64,000 nt of DNA from Bryobacterales bacterium (GTDB lineage: Bacteria > Acidobacteriota > Terriglobia > Bryobacterales > UBA6623). The stretch lies in the NCBI GenBank assembly GCA_965208945.1, contig OZ242366.1, positions 2,040,483-2,104,482 of the forward strand. Reading direction: 5' to 3'. This document shows, piece by piece, positions 61,473 through 64,000 of the stretch. Below the pieces are notes generated by a model. It saw nothing but the letters and a program-made list of their open reading frames with translations. It searched no databases and had not been told where the DNA came from. The stretch's first letter is position 1; each line of letters opens with the position of its first letter. The position numbers and the translations under genes were made by a program.

Positions 61473-62510
61473 TCAGGCTACGGGGTTTAGGATGACCTTT
61501 GTCAGACCCGGCTCGTGGTTGTAGAGGCGGTCGAACATGACCGGACCGTCCTCCAGCGGCTTGGCCGCGCTGATCAAGTCGCTGCAGCGTATCGCGCCAC
61601 CCGCCATCAGGTCGAGGCAGGCCGGGTAGTCGTTTGATGACGCGCATGAACCACGCACCGCGATCTCCCGCGTCACGACGGACTGCAATCCGAAACCGAT
61701 CTTCGGCGTGATGTTGCCGATCAGCGTCACCGACCCGCCCTTGCGGACGCTGTCGATGGCGGTTGCGACGGTGACTTCCACTCCGACGGCTTCCATCGCG
61801 ATATCGACGCCCGCGCCGCCGGATATTTCCTTCGTCGCTTCGACGACGTCGGTCGACTTGGGATTGAGCGTGATATCGGCGCCCATCTTCCTGGCGGCCT
61901 CGAGCCGGCCGTCATCGAGGTCAGCGGCGATGACCGCCCCGCAGCCTGCGGCGCGCAGGGCCTGGACGGTCAGAAGGCCGATCATGCCCGTGCCGACGAC
62001 GAGCGCCGTGGCGCCGAGCCGGACCGGCGTCAGGTTCACGGCGTGGACGGCGACCGAGACCGGCTCGACCATGGCCGCCTCGTTGAAAGGCAGCGAGTCA
62101 GGTACCTTGAAAACGATATGCGCAGGAACGTTCACGTATTCGGCGAAAGCGCCATTTCGGCTGTAGTCTTCGCAAGAAACGCCCAGCACCGTCCGGTCGT
62201 CGCAGAGATTCGGCGCTCCTGAGCGGCAGAAACGGCAACATCCGCAGGAGATCATCGAATCGAAGGTGACCCGATCTCCCTCGGAGAACCCGTTGACGCC
62301 CACGCCCAGCTTGACGACTACGCCGGACGCCTCGTGTCCCATGATGATCGGCGGAATGCGCCGGCCGGAGCTCCCGTCGTAGCCATGCACGTCACTTCCG
62401 CAGATACCACAGGAGTGCACCCGGATCAGAACTTCGCCGGGAGCGACCGCAGGTTCGGGAACGTCGTTGATGACCAGCTTCTTGTATTCTTCGAGGACGA
62501 GCGCCTTCAT
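61473..62510 (-). CDS. Zinc-dependent alcohol/polyol dehydrogenase (MDR family)
   Basis: 345 aa. Motifs CGICGSDVH, GHEASG, structural-Zn CxxCxxCxxxxxxxC (CGCCRFCRSGAPNLC), and Rossmann GTGMIGL. Confidence 0.9.
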   Translation of the reverse strand: MKALVLEEYKKLVINDVPEPAVAPGEVLIRVHSCGICGSDVHGYDGSSGRRIPPIIMGHEASGVVVKLGVGVNGFSEGDRVTFDSMISCGCCRFCRSGAPNLCDDRTVLGVSCEDYSRNGAFAEYVNVPAHIVFKVPDSLPFNEAAMVEPVSVAVHAVNLTPVRLGATALVVGTGMIGLLTVQALRAAGCGAVIAADLDDGRLEAARKMGADITLNPKSTDVVEATKEISGGAGVDIAMEAVGVEVTVATAIDSVRKGGSVTLIGNITPKIGFGLQSVVTREIAVRGSCASSNDYPACLDLMAGGAIRCSDLISAAKPLEDGPVMFDRLYNHEPGLTKVILNPVA

Positions 62511-62773
62511 AGCCGGAGAACCTACTCTAGCGTGACGCGGTTACCCGCGCCTGTGATCGCTTCCAGAGCGAGGGATGCAGCGTTCTCGGAAACCTTTCGT
62601 ACAGCTCCTTCGAACACAGGGACAGAGACCTCGATCGCAGGATAACTACAGATGTCGTGCCCGGCAGCAATTCTTGGGACCGGCCGGCGAGCAACCCGCT
62701 TCGTAGAGTGACCGCTGACCTCACGCCCTCTTGTTCGGCCTGCTCCGCCGGTCATGCATGTCACCATCCTAGC

Positions 62774-62958
62774 CTAGCCTGCATTTCTCACCACCCGACG
62801 GTCGAAGCACGCGATACGACCGCCAGGACTTCGTTGCGCTTGCTTGCCGTGCTCAACGTACTGTTCAAGTACGCCTGCGCGCGCCAAGCGGCGCGCGCCT
62901 CGTCCTGACGGCCCTCTCACGAACTTTACCTCGCCACGTGGTGAGAAATGCAGGCTAG
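62774..62958. repeat. MITE-like palindromic element, copy F (185 bp)
   Basis: CTAGCCTGCATTTCTCACCACCCGACGGTCGAAGCACGCGATACGACC ... CACGTGGTGAGAAATGCAGGCTAG, with an intact CTGTTCAAGTACGCC site. Confidence 0.85.
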
Positions 62959-63086
62959 ACTCGACCGCGGCAGGGACGGCCCTCTTGCGGAGAAAACTGC
63001 AGCGGACGGTAGATTGAGGCGCTTGGGGGTGGGGCGGTTCTCGGCTGCTGCTGCGGGGATGCTAGGCTGTACGGCGTTACTGCTTC

Positions 63087-64000
63087 ATGGCTGCATCTCG
63101 GAAACGTCCACCGCGCATCAGGTTGTGTCTGGCCAACGCCGTGATTTTGCTGGCATTGGTTGCTTGCGTCAATCCGGCGCGTTACGAACTTGACCAGGGG
63201 CAGGCCGCTGGGGTCGAACCGGTCTCGCTGATCATCCTTCGGGACACGGAGGCGGGCGTCGAAGCAGGCATCGCCCCGTCGCGGGGTGGCGAATTAAGCA
63301 GCCTGCGCGTCCGCTACGGAGACGAGATGCTCGAAACGCTCTATCTGGGGCGCGACTATACGCCCCGCGACGGCTGGACAGGCAAGTCCCCGCTGCTCTG
63401 GCCGGCGACCGGCCGCAACTTCCCGGCCGACCTCGAAGAGCGGCGCAAGGCCGGCGAGGTGTTCCACGGCGGTGCTTGGGAGTGGAAGGGGCGGCGCTAT
63501 CCGATGCCCATTCACGGTTTCGCGCGAGACTTCGCATGGAGTGTCCAAAGCAGCGCTGCGGAGCAGGAAGGAGTCCGGGCGCTGCTCGTGTGGGGAGATA
63601 CCCCTGAAACCCGCGACATGTATCCGTTTGGATTTGAACTCGCGGTCGAATACGAGCTTGCCGGGGGGATACTCGCGATCCGCTACGAAATCGCCGCCGA
63701 CACCGAAAACGACGATCCGATGCCGTTCTCCATCGGGAACCACATCACATTTGTGACGCCGCTCGTTCCCGGAGGCGATCCCGGCAAGGTTGTTCTCGTT
63801 GCGCCCTCGCAAGAAGAGATCCTCAAGACCGGCTATGGCATTCCCACCGGTGAGACACGCGCCCGCTCCCACGCCGACGGCATCGAGTTAGGGGATTTCG
63901 AGCGGCGGGTCGCGGTTTCGCTCACCAACTATGCCGCTGAGCCCTACGTTGAACTGCGCGACCCCGCCGGCCTGATGATCCGCATGAGTCACACTGCATC
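63087..64000 (+). CDS. Aldose 1-epimerase (galactose mutarotase-like) family lipoprotein; partial (runs off the right edge)
   Basis: Own translation from ATG 63087: MAASRKRPPRIRLCLANAVILLALVACVNP (lipobox LVAC). It continues ..SRGGELSSLRVRY..LLWPATGRN..PIHGFARDFAW..MYPFGFELAVEYEL..PFSIGNHITF. Open to base 64000, so absent from the ORF track. Confidence 0.75.
   Translation, partial: MAASRKRPPRIRLCLANAVILLALVACVNPARYELDQGQAAGVEPVSLIILRDTEAGVEAGIAPSRGGELSSLRVRYGDEMLETLYLGRDYTPRDGWTGKSPLLWPATGRNFPADLEERRKAGEVFHGGAWEWKGRRYPMPIHGFARDFAWSVQSSAAEQEGVRALLVWGDTPETRDMYPFGFELAVEYELAGGILAIRYEIAADTENDDPMPFSIGNHITFVTPLVPGGDPGKVVLVAPSQEEILKTGYGIPTGETRARSHADGIELGDFERRVAVSLTNYAAEPYVELRDPAGLMIRMSHTA

Noticed and set aside
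62522-62767. 81-aa minus-strand ORF upstream of the dehydrogenase gene
   Set aside because: There are no recognisable motifs. The first half is Arg/Gly-rich. It partly abuts a MITE terminus. Evidence is insufficient to call it.

Overview
High-GC (about 60-68% in hand-counted 60-nt samples) chromosomal segment with acidobacterial-looking gene content: TIGR03436-type VWA proteins, CarboxypepD_reg/TonB-type outer-membrane proteins, and Planctomycete-type PSCyt/DUF1553+DUF1501 and DUF1592+DUF1552 pairs. It carries the replication-origin block dnaA-dnaN-gyrB on the minus strand (46.3-51.5 kb), with DnaA boxes in the dnaA-dnaN spacer. Housekeeping genes recognised: pyrG, kdsA, lpxB, cdd, a nucleoside transporter plus thymidine phosphorylase, a larE-like gene, a MoaD-MoaE fusion and an inositol monophosphatase. 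Both window edges hold truncated genes that the ORF track omits: a CRTAC1/FG-GAP protein at 1-1612 (-) and an aldose-1-epimerase lipoprotein at 63087-64000 (+). Main candidate for a new system: a low-GC (about 45-47%) two-gene islet at 18.05-20.0 kb. It encodes a TARG1/DarG-type macrodomain protein followed 9 nt later by a DarT-like (DUF4433-type) ADP-ribosyltransferase with an extra C-terminal domain of about 110 aa. This is a DarTG-like toxin-antitoxin/defence pair in reversed gene order, preceded by a perfect tandem 11-bp repeat. Second: an IS110-family element (54144-55584) sits at a precise site inside a 185-bp MITE-like palindromic repeat. Its 3' non-coding arm holds short copies of both target flanks and of the junction, as expected for a bridge-RNA guide region. 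Third: a dense non-coding repeat system. It comprises at least 6 MITE copies, two 1.25-kb inverted mosaic repeats bracketing a 5.1-kb three-gene cassette, and a related 1.2-kb mosaic cluster at 1.9-3.1 kb. No tRNA, rRNA or CRISPR array was recognised. Hand-located coordinates (not from the ORF track) may be off by 1-2 nt.
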